The notes below the pieces were generated by a model. The model was not told the DNA's origin. It made no database searches and worked only from the letters and a program-made list of their open reading frames with translations. This document shows positions 1 through 8,189 of a stretch of 64,000 bases of DNA, piece after piece (position 1 is the first letter of the stretch; every line of letters starts with the position of its first letter). The position numbers and the translations under genes are program-made. The stretch lies in contig JAIYDI010000032.1 in the NCBI GenBank assembly GCA_027487555.1, positions 7,249 through 71,248 of the forward strand, in the 5' to 3' direction. This DNA is from Hyphomicrobiales bacterium (GTDB lineage Bacteria > Pseudomonadota > Alphaproteobacteria > Rhizobiales > Devosiaceae).

Positions 1-1030
1 AGGCCTTGTCGGCCACCTCCGCCCGCCCCACGGTGATTCCGACCCAATCGCGATAGCCGAAGCGGCCTGGCTTGGGCTTTACGCTATAGGGCGCGTCATC
101 CTTGCTCTGTCGGTAGGGCGTGAGCGGATGCCGCCACACGCCGTAGTTCATACCGGAAGGGCGCTGCACGAAGCCGCTGACGAGCGGCTCGATCTCGCCC
201 GAAACCGGGCAGCGGCCCTCGCCCCCGGCCACGAGCCGGATGCGCCGCGGCATGCCGAAGAACGCCTGCAACCGGTGCACGGCCGGATCGGCCGCAGAGA
301 TGGTGGGCGCATCCTTCCCCTCTGATGTGCGTGTCGGGGTGAGCCATGGCAACGCGCGATCGAGCGCCTCATCCTCAAGCCACTCGTCCGCGCAGACCAG
401 CGGCAGGTTGGCGATCAGGGTGCGGAAAAGCGGCGCATCGGTCTCGTCCTGTGCGCGCAGCAGCACCAGCGTCGTCATTGGCCCGCCGCCGCGCATGCCG
501 GTGCGGATGCCGGCGCCGCCCGGCGGCGCAAATTGCTGCAGGGCATAGAGCGCCATCGCCGCCGTGCGCAGCCCGAGCGCCGGGAAACGCCCGCGATGCG
601 TCATCAGGTCGGTATTCTTCTTCTGGCCATTCGCCCCCGGCGTATCGATGAATAGCGCCTCGACGGCATTGGGCTCGCCAGCAAGCGGCTCGAAATCCTG
701 GCAGAAGCGCGGGCCATTGCCCTCACCGTCGCCGAACAGCGAAAAGGCCGGAGCCAGTTCGGCGATGCGCGCCTGCACATCCGCGTCGCCGCACCCGGCC
801 CAGATGGCACGCCACTCCTCAGGCTCCGCCGGGCGATGGATGAGCGCCAGCAGTCCGATGGCGAGCTCGTAGCTTGCGATGTTCAGATCGCCCCGCGACC
901 AGCCGAAGCCTACCGGGCAGTCACCCCCCTCGTCGAGCAAATCGACAAACCGCACCCAGCGCCGCGCCCTGGAGCGGGTGGCGACCGGAAACACTGGATC
1001 GGTGAGCATGTTGAGTTGCGCCGTTCGCAT
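1..1030 (-). CDS. casA: Type I-E Cascade large subunit Cse1/CasA (Cas8e), 5' part only; gene continues beyond the left edge
   Basis: Absent from the ORF track because it has no stop inside the window. The minus-strand frame from ATG (CAT 1028-1030, GAGGAAG RBS upstream) is open to base 1. It reads MRTAQLNMLTDPVFPV...IDTPGANGQKKNTD...GGAGIRTGMRGGGPMTTLV...GVWRHPLTPY. These match remembered CasA hallmarks (E. coli FGGGFKSGLRGGTPVTTF and LWPHPHSP). It lies directly downstream of cas3. Confidence 0.8.
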   Translation of the reverse strand, partial: MRTAQLNMLTDPVFPVATRSRARRWVRFVDLLDEGGDCPVGFGWSRGDLNIASYELAIGLLALIHRPAEPEEWRAIWAGCGDADVQARIAELAPAFSLFGDGEGNGPRFCQDFEPLAGEPNAVEALFIDTPGANGQKKNTDLMTHRGRFPALGLRTAAMALYALQQFAPPGGAGIRTGMRGGGPMTTLVLLRAQDETDAPLFRTLIANLPLVCADEWLEDEALDRALPWLTPTRTSEGKDAPTISAADPAVHRLQAFFGMPRRIRLVAGGEGRCPVSGEIEPLVSGFVQRPSGMNYGVWRHPLTPYRQSKDDAPYSVKPKPGRFGYRDWVGITVGRAEVADKA

Positions 1031-1148
1031 GGGCTTCCTCACGATCTGAAAGAGTTAACCATAAGCGCATGAAAGGGCGTCGTGCTAGAAGCGCATGCCA
1101 ATGAAAATGCACAGGAAAATGCAAATGGTCGCGCATGCATATTTCGAT

Positions 1149-3830
1149 TTACGGAATATCCAGCTTTAGGCTGGCGGATTGCAGTCCGGTTGTCGCGTGA
1201 TATTCGAGCCCGGCATGCGTATCACCCGCGGCAGTACCATCGTTACTGATACCGATAACAGGAGTGCCCTGCTCGAATTCCGGCCAAGTGCGGCGCAGCC
1301 GGGCAATCGTAGCCGCGAGAGCCGCGTCGGCACCATCCTTCCGAACGAACCGCGCCAGCCAGTTCACCCGCACGGACAACTCGCTCAGCGCCCAGCCGAG
1401 GCTTGCCCCATCGGAAAGCCCGGCAAGCGGCAGCAACTGCTCACCGGCAAACCGCGCCAACCGAATGGTGATGGAGGGCTCGCCATCGCGGGTGCCGATC
1501 TCCTCGTCGGCCGAAGGAGTGGTGACGGCGGCATAGCCTTCGGCTGGCCGGATGGTGACCCGCTGCGCCTTGGCCCGCAGGCCATATTCCTCCCCCACCG
1601 AGTCATCATGGCCCTTGCGCAGCAGCTCGGGAAGGTCGTCCGTGCCTGCGTCATAGGCGGTTTCGATCAGGGGGCGCAGGTCCTGTGGCGTATCGAGCCG
1701 CCCCTTTCCCAGAAGGTCGCGCGCGGTGCGCCAAAGCACACCGGGCATGTCGTAGACGAAGGATGCCGGCCCGAGTGTCGTTTCAAGCCAGCGCGCCTTC
1801 TCGAGCGCACCGGGGTCGGGCGTGAGGAGCGTCAGCACCGGTGCCGGCACGGGACGATCATCGCGCCGGTGCCGCCAGAGCCGCCCGGCGCGCTGCACCA
1901 CCAGATCGGCCGGCGCGAGATCGGTGTACATCACGTCGAAATCCACATCGAGCGATTGCTCGATCACCTGGGTGGCGACGAGGATGCGGCCGGCGCGAGT
2001 CTCCGGCGTACTCTTGCGCCCGAACCAGGCCTGCACGTCGCGCTCGATAGCCAGCCGGTCGCCCATGGCGAAGCGCGCGTGGAAGAGATGCGTGCGCTCG
2101 GGCGTGGCGCCCCCTGCCAACAGCGCCGCGAAAGTGGCGATGGCCTGATCGACCGCATTACATATGATGGCAACCGCAGCTCCGCGCGCAGCAGCCGCGA
2201 GCACTGCCTGCACCACGGCTTCGCGGCTCGACAGGGCGGCGATGGCGACGCTGCGCGTTAGATCCGGCGCGGCAGGGACCGGGTGTTCTTCCACACCGGC
2301 GGACAAGCCGTAGCGCGTCAGCAGCGGGTAGGCCGCGCTGCGCAGCGACCGGCCGATCTCCGCCAAACGCCTGACATGCACTCCGCGTCCCCGAGCAAAG
2401 GCGAGAACGAGGTCCGACCGTTGTCTCTGCGTCAACGTCGCCGACAGCACGATCACCGAGCCGCCGAGCCGCGCCTGCATCTCGATCAAAACTTTCAGCT
2501 CCTCGCCCATATAGGCGTCGCAGGCATGCGCTTCGTCGATAACCAGTATACGGCCAGCCAGCGCATATTGTCGCAGCGTCAGGTGTTTCTTCGGCAGAAC
2601 CGAGAGGAACCCTTGATCAATGGTGCCCGCGCCGGCACTGGCGAACAGCGCCGTTTTGCGGCTGTCGGCGATCCACGCGTCGCACCAGAGCGCTGCATCG
2701 CTGTCGTTAGCCGCACCGCGGGGCTCGCGTCGCGCCAGATCCCGGGCGAGAGCCGACTTGCCATGGGCGAGCACGAGGCTCGCGTCCCCCTCGAACAATC
2801 CGCCCTGCGCAGCGCCGAGGCGGGCGTGCATGGCGTTCGCTGTCGCCATGGTAGGCATGGCGAGGAACACACCCTCGCCGAGGCCGGCGGCCATCAAGCG
2901 GGCAGCGAGCAGCAGTGCCGCCTCGGTCTTGCCCGAACCCGTGCCATCTTCAACGATCACGATTTGCGGTTCAGCGGGCAGCGCAAGTTCGGTGGCGAGC
3001 GCCTGCATGGGACGTGCGGTATTGGCGGCGTCGGACAGCCCCGAAAGAGTCGGGGTTGCGACCAGACGCGCCGGCGCAAGGCCCTTGGCAATGACTGCGG
3101 CTTCGGCCCGTGCAAGCGCCAACGGCCAATACTGCACCAGCGGCATGGCGGGGTTCTCGAATGCAAAGAACGCGGCATCCGACCCGATCCAGTCGCTGAG
3201 GGTGATCAGTCCGTTGAGTTGAAACGAATAGTCCTCCGGTTTGCGCAAAGGCGAAGGCGCCAGCCAAGGGGCCATAACCGCAGCCAGTCCCCCGGCGAGC
3301 GCCGCCGCCGCCGCGACACAGGCTGGCCCAATTTCAAGGTGTCGCGCTGCCGCGTAACCGGCGGCATCGACGAGTGCAGATGTCGGCGCCCGCCCATGGT
3401 GGCCGGCAATGGCGGCGATCACCTGCCGATCGAGCCCATCGGCGCCGGCGACCGGCTGCAATGCACTGCGCACCCCATCGGCGTTCAGCAGCAGAGCCGT
3501 CGCTTCCCAATGGCTGAGCGTCGCTGGCAATCTGTCCGGACACGCGCCGAGGATCGCCGCTGGCCAAAGCTCGGGGACCTTGATCTGGAAGCTCTTCGAA
3601 ATCTTGCCCAAGTCATGCAACCCGGCGCAAAGCGCTGAAAGTATTGTGTGATCGTCGGGGTGCAATCCTGTGACCTCGGCGTCCCTGCGGGTCCGCGCCG
3701 GGTTCATGCGTTGCAGCACAAGGGCCGTTGCGGCCACGTCGGCACAGTGATGAGACACCGACTTGAACAAGAGAGGGCCGCTTGCAGTTGCGTCATCGCT
3801 GGTCTTTGCCCAAAATGCACCACGAGGCAT
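1149..3830 (-). CDS. cas3: CRISPR-associated HD nuclease/helicase Cas3 (type I-E context)
   Basis: ORF 1149..3980 (943 aa). HD motifs HHCADVAATA and LHDLGKISKSFQ; SF2 helicase motif I EDGTGSGKTEAAL and motif II VIDEAHACD. Start placed at M51 (CAT 3828-3830, MPRGAFWAKT...) because Cas3 proteins begin just before the HD motif. 3980 is the longest alternative. Confidence 0.9.
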   Translation of the reverse strand: MPRGAFWAKTSDDATASGPLLFKSVSHHCADVAATALVLQRMNPARTRRDAEVTGLHPDDHTILSALCAGLHDLGKISKSFQIKVPELWPAAILGACPDRLPATLSHWEATALLLNADGVRSALQPVAGADGLDRQVIAAIAGHHGRAPTSALVDAAGYAAARHLEIGPACVAAAAALAGGLAAVMAPWLAPSPLRKPEDYSFQLNGLITLSDWIGSDAAFFAFENPAMPLVQYWPLALARAEAAVIAKGLAPARLVATPTLSGLSDAANTARPMQALATELALPAEPQIVIVEDGTGSGKTEAALLLAARLMAAGLGEGVFLAMPTMATANAMHARLGAAQGGLFEGDASLVLAHGKSALARDLARREPRGAANDSDAALWCDAWIADSRKTALFASAGAGTIDQGFLSVLPKKHLTLRQYALAGRILVIDEAHACDAYMGEELKVLIEMQARLGGSVIVLSATLTQRQRSDLVLAFARGRGVHVRRLAEIGRSLRSAAYPLLTRYGLSAGVEEHPVPAAPDLTRSVAIAALSSREAVVQAVLAAAARGAAVAIICNAVDQAIATFAALLAGGATPERTHLFHARFAMGDRLAIERDVQAWFGRKSTPETRAGRILVATQVIEQSLDVDFDVMYTDLAPADLVVQRAGRLWRHRRDDRPVPAPVLTLLTPDPGALEKARWLETTLGPASFVYDMPGVLWRTARDLLGKGRLDTPQDLRPLIETAYDAGTDDLPELLRKGHDDSVGEEYGLRAKAQRVTIRPAEGYAAVTTPSADEEIGTRDGEPSITIRLARFAGEQLLPLAGLSDGASLGWALSELSVRVNWLARFVRKDGADAALAATIARLRRTWPEFEQGTPVIGISNDGTAAGDTHAGLEYHATTGLQSASLKLDIP

Positions 3831-4294
3831 GTTGTCAACACCTTTAGTCGTTTCGTTTCTGACTGGAGCCATGACCATCGGGCTGCTCACCGCAGTGTCC
3901 GCACCCATGTCAAATGTGGCTTTAAGCTCCCCTCCCAAATCCCCATCGAGGGTCATGGGTCTTGGGTCTTGGCTTAGCACGCAAACCTCGCCACGCCCTT
4001 ATTGGTTCGGGCACCGATCGGCACCGCTTTTCCGGGGTTTAGCGGCCGTCGATTCGTCTCGGCCGGGCGGCCCAAGATCAGGGACCAAATCAAAAAACCG
4101 CGCAACCCTAAATTACACTGGACAGAATTCGGGATCAACGCCATGATTTTGCTATCCTTGGCATTATTGGAGCAAGAGCAAATGAACCCAGCCAGTTAGG
4201 GCGTGTGTGACTATGAATACCGGACGATTTTTTGCTCAATCAGATACCAACAATGCCGAGACCGGCCCTGCGACGATCTAGGAATAGTGCCAGA

Positions 4295-4897
4295 ATGAGC
4301 TCTGATATTGAGGCTGCGCTTGAGGCCCTTGCCTACAGGCCCAAGCTGCACACGCGGGCAGAGGTCTTGGCCAAACCTAGTCCCGTCCCCGCTGCGGCGG
4401 GCCTCTATGCCTGGCATTTTCGTATACCTGTCCCGGAAGTACCGCTGAACGGTTGCCACACCTCGGCTGACGGTACTCTTCTCTACGTCGGTATCTCACC
4501 TTCCCGCCTAGCAAGCCCCCAGACTTTACGAAAACGTATAGGAACGCACTTTCGCGGGAACGCTGAGGGGTCAACATTGAGACTGACCTTGGGGGTGTTG
4601 CTTGGACTAGAATTGCGGAGGGTCGGGAGCGGTGCACGTAGGACATTCACACATGCTGGAGAGCAATGGCTAGACAAGTGGATGGACCTCAATGCACTTG
4701 TTGCTTGGCATGAGCATCCGGAGCCGTGGCGAATTGAACACGACGTGCTGAAGAGGCTATCTTGTCCACTTAATATTGACGGCAATCGCGAGCACCCGTA
4801 TGCGGCGAGCCTGAGTATTCGCCGTCGGCATGCGAAGGCATTAGCGAGCGCATTGCCGATAGCAGACGAAGCTGGCCAACGTAGGCGGCTATTGTAG
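4295..4897 (+). CDS. GIY-YIG nuclease family protein (solitary)
   Basis: ORF 4232..4897; internal ATG 4295 (MSSDIEAAL...) preferred. GLYAWHF...TLLYVGIS...LRKRIGTHF...STLRLTLG resembles the GIY...YIG core plus the conserved Arg/His of GIY-YIG nucleases. It sits in visibly AT-richer DNA than cas3. Confidence 0.6.
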   Translation: MSSDIEAALEALAYRPKLHTRAEVLAKPSPVPAAAGLYAWHFRIPVPEVPLNGCHTSADGTLLYVGISPSRLASPQTLRKRIGTHFRGNAEGSTLRLTLGVLLGLELRRVGSGARRTFTHAGEQWLDKWMDLNALVAWHEHPEPWRIEHDVLKRLSCPLNIDGNREHPYAASLSIRRRHAKALASALPIADEAGQRRRLL

Positions 4898-5268
4898 CCT
4901 TTGTGCAAAACACTCGCGTGCAAAGCGCAACAGATGCATGCATCCAACCAAGCAATCTGAGCGTGCAACAAAAGCCAGTAGATAAGACGCAGCGGTTTCC
5001 CTGGCATGAACCGCAACGGGAACCCCGGACGTTCATTCGTCCACGTTATGCGGCGACGTTGCCCTTCGCTCTATCAATAGTGACCGAGACTCAGGCAGTT
5101 GGTGAAGTGCTCCCCGATCTTGGACGGCCCGGAAGGGAAATTCCGGGAGGCAGGTCACAATCAGTACTGACCCACTTTTTCCATAAGTCGTTCCCGCGCA
5201 CCGGCTGACATGGGGCTAACACAAATACTAAAGCGGCAATCGGGTAGTAACTAACTACTTGAAAAAAC

Positions 5269-5335
5269 TGGCGCACCCGACAGAATTCGAATCTGCGACC
5301 TCTGACTTCGGACGGCAGCGCTCAAGCTCGCCACG
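5269..5335 (-). pseudogene. Truncated tRNA-Arg(CCG) copy (3' two-thirds only), probable att remnant
   Basis: The reverse complement of 5269-5323 reads GAGCGCTGCCGTCCGAAGTCAGAGGTCGCAGATTCGAATTCTGTCGGGTGCGCCA. It has an anticodon loop with CCG, T-arm GCAGA-TTCGAAT-TCTGT, the acceptor 3' strand and CCA. This is close to the 3' part of bacterial tRNA-Arg(CCG) as I remember it. There is no complementary 5' acceptor strand (needs GCACCCG, finds CAGTATC), no D-arm, and one anticodon-stem mismatch. Confidence 0.6.
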
Positions 5336-5420
5336 CTAGATACTGCAGGGGCCGACGCTGGGACCCGGAAACAGAAGCGCTACATTTTCCGAATTAAAAC
5401 AAATACTTAACGTGGCAAGC

Positions 5421-5443
5421 TGGCGGAGAGGGAGGGATTCGAA
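5421..5443 (-). other. 23-nt 3'-terminal fragment of a tRNA-Ser-like gene, probable att remnant
   Basis: The reverse complement TTCGAATCCCTCCCTCTCCGCCA is half a T-loop, the T-stem 3' strand, the acceptor 3' strand (complement of GGAGAGG) and CCA. The next bases (ATGGC on the plus strand) cannot form the T-stem, so homology ends inside the T-loop. Confidence 0.5.
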
Positions 5444-5565
5444 ATGGCGGTGGAATTGATCTTGCTAAGCCCCGGAAATGTCTAAGGAATTTCGGGCAAC
5501 ATCACTCTCTAAGTTATTGATCACATTAGCTTATCGACCCGTCCGGCAAGTGGACGGTGATCCTT

Positions 5566-5634
5566 CTCCACCACCGGTTTGCGCCCGGTCCCTCCCTTTA
5601 GCCAGTCGGCACGCCAAACAAACTGGTGGTGGAG
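5566..5634. repeat. Long inverted repeat (16-bp stem, 37-nt loop), function unknown
   Basis: CTCCACCACCGGTTTG (5566-5581) pairs with CAAACTGGTGGTGGAG (5619-5634): 15 Watson-Crick pairs plus one G-T. A small CCGTCC/GGACGG hairpin lies just upstream (5539-5557). Confidence 0.5.
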
Positions 5635-5858
5635 TGAAGCGTCCCAATGCCAAGTGCTAAATGGGCCATTGGAGAATGGCGCGACAGCATCGCTAACTCG
5701 GCCTACGAATTGGCCGTCTCCCGTTGGGTTGGTGGTCGGGCCGGGGCGAATAGACGCGAGCTTTCCGGGGGTTAGCTCAGCGAACCCAGAGAAACCGAAA
5801 AACCGTTTAATATCAAAGAGTTAGTGGCGGTGCATGTAGTCATACCAAACCAGTCTCC

Positions 5859-6013
5859 AATTTCCCTGTTCGGCGGGAGAATGCAGGGATTCTTCGCGTT
5901 TTCTGGCTTTCTGGGCCGCGTGCGACGCGGATTTTCTCTGTCTTTTCAGTGTGTTGGAACCTGAATTCCCTAGGCTACGGAACAGGGAATTTCTGCGCCA
6001 GATCAGGGAATTT
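5859..6013. repeat. Iteron-like cluster of CAGGGAAWTT motifs
   Basis: CAGGGAATTT occurs at 5983-5992 and 6004-6013 (21-bp spacing). Inverted copies are AATTTCCCTG at 5859-5868 and GAATTCCCTA at 5963-5972; a variant CAGGGATTC is at 5884-5892. That is five copies in 155 bp of poorly coding DNA. Confidence 0.5.
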
Positions 6014-6295
6014 AGGTTTCGAGAACCCGCTATGATCGGTCGCACTACGCGCGCTCCGATTTCCTGGGTTCTTCGACTGCTATTGCACCGGGGTTCACCT
6101 CAGCGGTCCGGCAATACCGATCACAGTTCAAGATCTCTTTGCTGGGTGCGACGTTGCCCGTTTCCGTATGCACCCCTAGTTCCCCTCATACGCTGTCCAC
6201 GGCAATCCTAGTCGTGTCGCTGCCGCTTACCCACTCGAGGTGGTCGCCGCGACCCACCGGTCACCGTTGTGGTGCCGGCAAAGTAGGAGTGTCCA

Positions 6296-7717
6296 ATGCG
6301 AAAGACCCGACCACACGTCCCGTACCGTGGGAACCGCAACAGCCAGCAGATTGAATACTGGCCCACCTCGAACCTTCGCCCCGGTCCACGAGTACGAAAG
6401 CACCCCGAGGCTCAGATCGAACGCATCCGCGCCAGCATTCGGCGCTTCGGCTTTCTGTGTCCGCCACTGATTGAACCGACCGGAGAGATCATTGCCGGCG
6501 TCGCTCGCGTCGAGGCCGCGCGACGGGCGGGCTACGAGGAGTTGCCGGTGCTCGTCGCGAGCAATCTGTCTGCGGCCGACATCAGGGCTTACCGCATCGC
6601 CGACAACAAGCTCGCGGAAATGTCGATCTGGGACCGCGACGTCCTGAAGCTGGAGTTTGAAGGGATTGTCGAAATCGACAACACCTTCGATCTTCAGTGG
6701 TCTGGGTTTGACACTGCCGAGATCGATCTGGTTCTCAATCCCATCGACGCCAGCGAGGACGAGAGCCCGGACGACGACGCCCCTGCCCCAGATGCCGTCC
6801 CCGTCAGTCGGGTTGGCGATGTGTGGATGCTGGGGGAGCATCGACTGGTCTGCGGTGACGCATTATCCGGCGAGACCTTTGATGTGCTCATGGGCGGCGA
6901 GATGGCCCGGCTCGTCTTGAGTGACGTGCCTTACAACGTGCCCGTCGATGGTCACGTGGGCGGGCTCGGCAAGACGCACCATCGCGAGTTCGTGCAAGCC
7001 TCCGGTGAGATGACTGCGGACGAGTTCGCAGACTTTCTGAGCAAGGCCATCTCGGTGATGACCGCCAACCTCATCGATGGCGGCGTCGCCGGCTTGTTTA
7101 TCGATTGGCGCAGCGCCGAGACCATGCTCCGAGTCGGACGAGAACTTGGGATGAAGCTGATCAACCTGATCGTCTGGAACAAGTCCAACGGTGGGATGGG
7201 CAGCCTTTACCGCAGCAAGCATGAGTTGCTATGCCTGTTCAAGAAGGGCAAGGCTTCACACGTCAACAACGTGCAGCTTGGCGCCAAGGGCCGGTACCGG
7301 ACCAATGTCTGGGACTACGCCGGAGTGAACACCTTTGGTGCTGGTCGCATGGCCGACCTGGAGGCGCATCCCACTGTTAAGCCAGTCGCCATGATCGCTG
7401 ACGCTATCATGGATCTGACAAACCGAAAAGAGTTGGTCATCGACAGTTTTGTGGGATCCGGCACCACGATTGTCGCCGCGCAGAAAACTGGACGCATTGC
7501 CCGCTGCACCGAACTCGATCCGCTCTACGTCGATGTTGCTATCCGGCGCTTCAAAGCGCGGTTTGGCATAGACGCGATCCACCAGGCAACTGGGCTGACG
7601 TTTGACCCACTCGCCGCTCAGCGGAGCGTCGGCGGTGCGGAAGATTCTTCGCCAATTATTCCGCCGCCCGTTCGCGCACGCGTGCGTCCCGCCACGGCCT
7701 CCGTTGAGGAAGTTTGA
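6296..7717 (+). CDS. ParB/Srx-like N-terminal domain fused to a beta-class DNA amino-methyltransferase
   Basis: 473 aa. RKHPEAQIERIRASIRRFGFLCPPLIE...GVARVEAARRAGYEELPVLV is the ParB-like domain. Motif IV SDVPYN (a DPPY variant) precedes motif I VIDSFVGSGTT, which is the beta-class N6A/N4C methylase order. Confidence 0.85.
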   Translation: MRKTRPHVPYRGNRNSQQIEYWPTSNLRPGPRVRKHPEAQIERIRASIRRFGFLCPPLIEPTGEIIAGVARVEAARRAGYEELPVLVASNLSAADIRAYRIADNKLAEMSIWDRDVLKLEFEGIVEIDNTFDLQWSGFDTAEIDLVLNPIDASEDESPDDDAPAPDAVPVSRVGDVWMLGEHRLVCGDALSGETFDVLMGGEMARLVLSDVPYNVPVDGHVGGLGKTHHREFVQASGEMTADEFADFLSKAISVMTANLIDGGVAGLFIDWRSAETMLRVGRELGMKLINLIVWNKSNGGMGSLYRSKHELLCLFKKGKASHVNNVQLGAKGRYRTNVWDYAGVNTFGAGRMADLEAHPTVKPVAMIADAIMDLTNRKELVIDSFVGSGTTIVAAQKTGRIARCTELDPLYVDVAIRRFKARFGIDAIHQATGLTFDPLAAQRSVGGAEDSSPIIPPPVRARVRPATASVEEV

Positions 7718-7718
7718 C

Positions 7719-8189
7719 ATGACCAATTATCGCACCAAGGGCCACCCCACTCCCGTTGTTCGCCAGCGGGAGCGGCCCCGCGCTTCGACGCAGAATCCGC
7801 TAGTGGCGCCTCCCCCCACATCGGAAAGATCGTACGAGGTCGGCTACGGCAGGCCGCCGGAACACACGCAGTTCCAACCTGGGCAGTCCGGGAACCCGAA
7901 AGGTCGGCCACGAGGGTCCAAGACCCCGCTTACGCTCCTGCGCGAGGAACTGCAGCAGAAGGTCACTCTGCGGGAGGGCGGCAGGGTGGCCACAATCACC
8001 AAACTGGAGGCGATTATGAAGCGGATCGTGAACGACACGCTCGGGGGAAAGGTCTCTCCGACCAGACTGCTGTTTCCGTTGTTGCAGGTCTTTGAGGCGC
8101 AGGACGCATCTTCTCCTGAAGACCGCAACCTGTCGCTCTCTGATCAGGAGCTACTGCGCAACGTGCTGAAAGGGTTCGCCGATGAATAA
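7719..8189 (+). CDS. DUF5681-like protein in the small-terminase position
   Basis: ORF 7602..8189 trimmed to ATG 7719 (stop 7715-7717, one intervening base). FQPGQSGNPKGRPRGSK is the signature I associate with DUF5681, which commonly sits just upstream of this terminase type. Confidence 0.55.
   Translation: MTNYRTKGHPTPVVRQRERPRASTQNPLVAPPPTSERSYEVGYGRPPEHTQFQPGQSGNPKGRPRGSKTPLTLLREELQQKVTLREGGRVATITKLEAIMKRIVNDTLGGKVSPTRLLFPLLQVFEAQDASSPEDRNLSLSDQELLRNVLKGFADE

Noticed and set aside
2283-3638. 451-aa plus-strand ORF inside cas3
   Set aside because: It is antisense to a gene with clear Cas3 motifs. The Arg/Gly/Ala-rich composition is typical of GC-rich shadow ORFs.
5269-5345. Complete tRNA-Arg gene
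   Set aside because: No 5' acceptor strand or D-arm can be formed, so only the 3' part is tRNA-like.
5821-6045. 74-aa minus-strand ORF as a gene
   Set aside because: It coincides with the repeat array, shows no RBS or family resemblance, and has a basic low-complexity sequence.
3981-6295. CRISPR array next to cas3
   Set aside because: I looked for regularly spaced 28-37-nt direct repeats and found none. In type I-E the array normally follows cas2 at the other end of the operon, outside this window.
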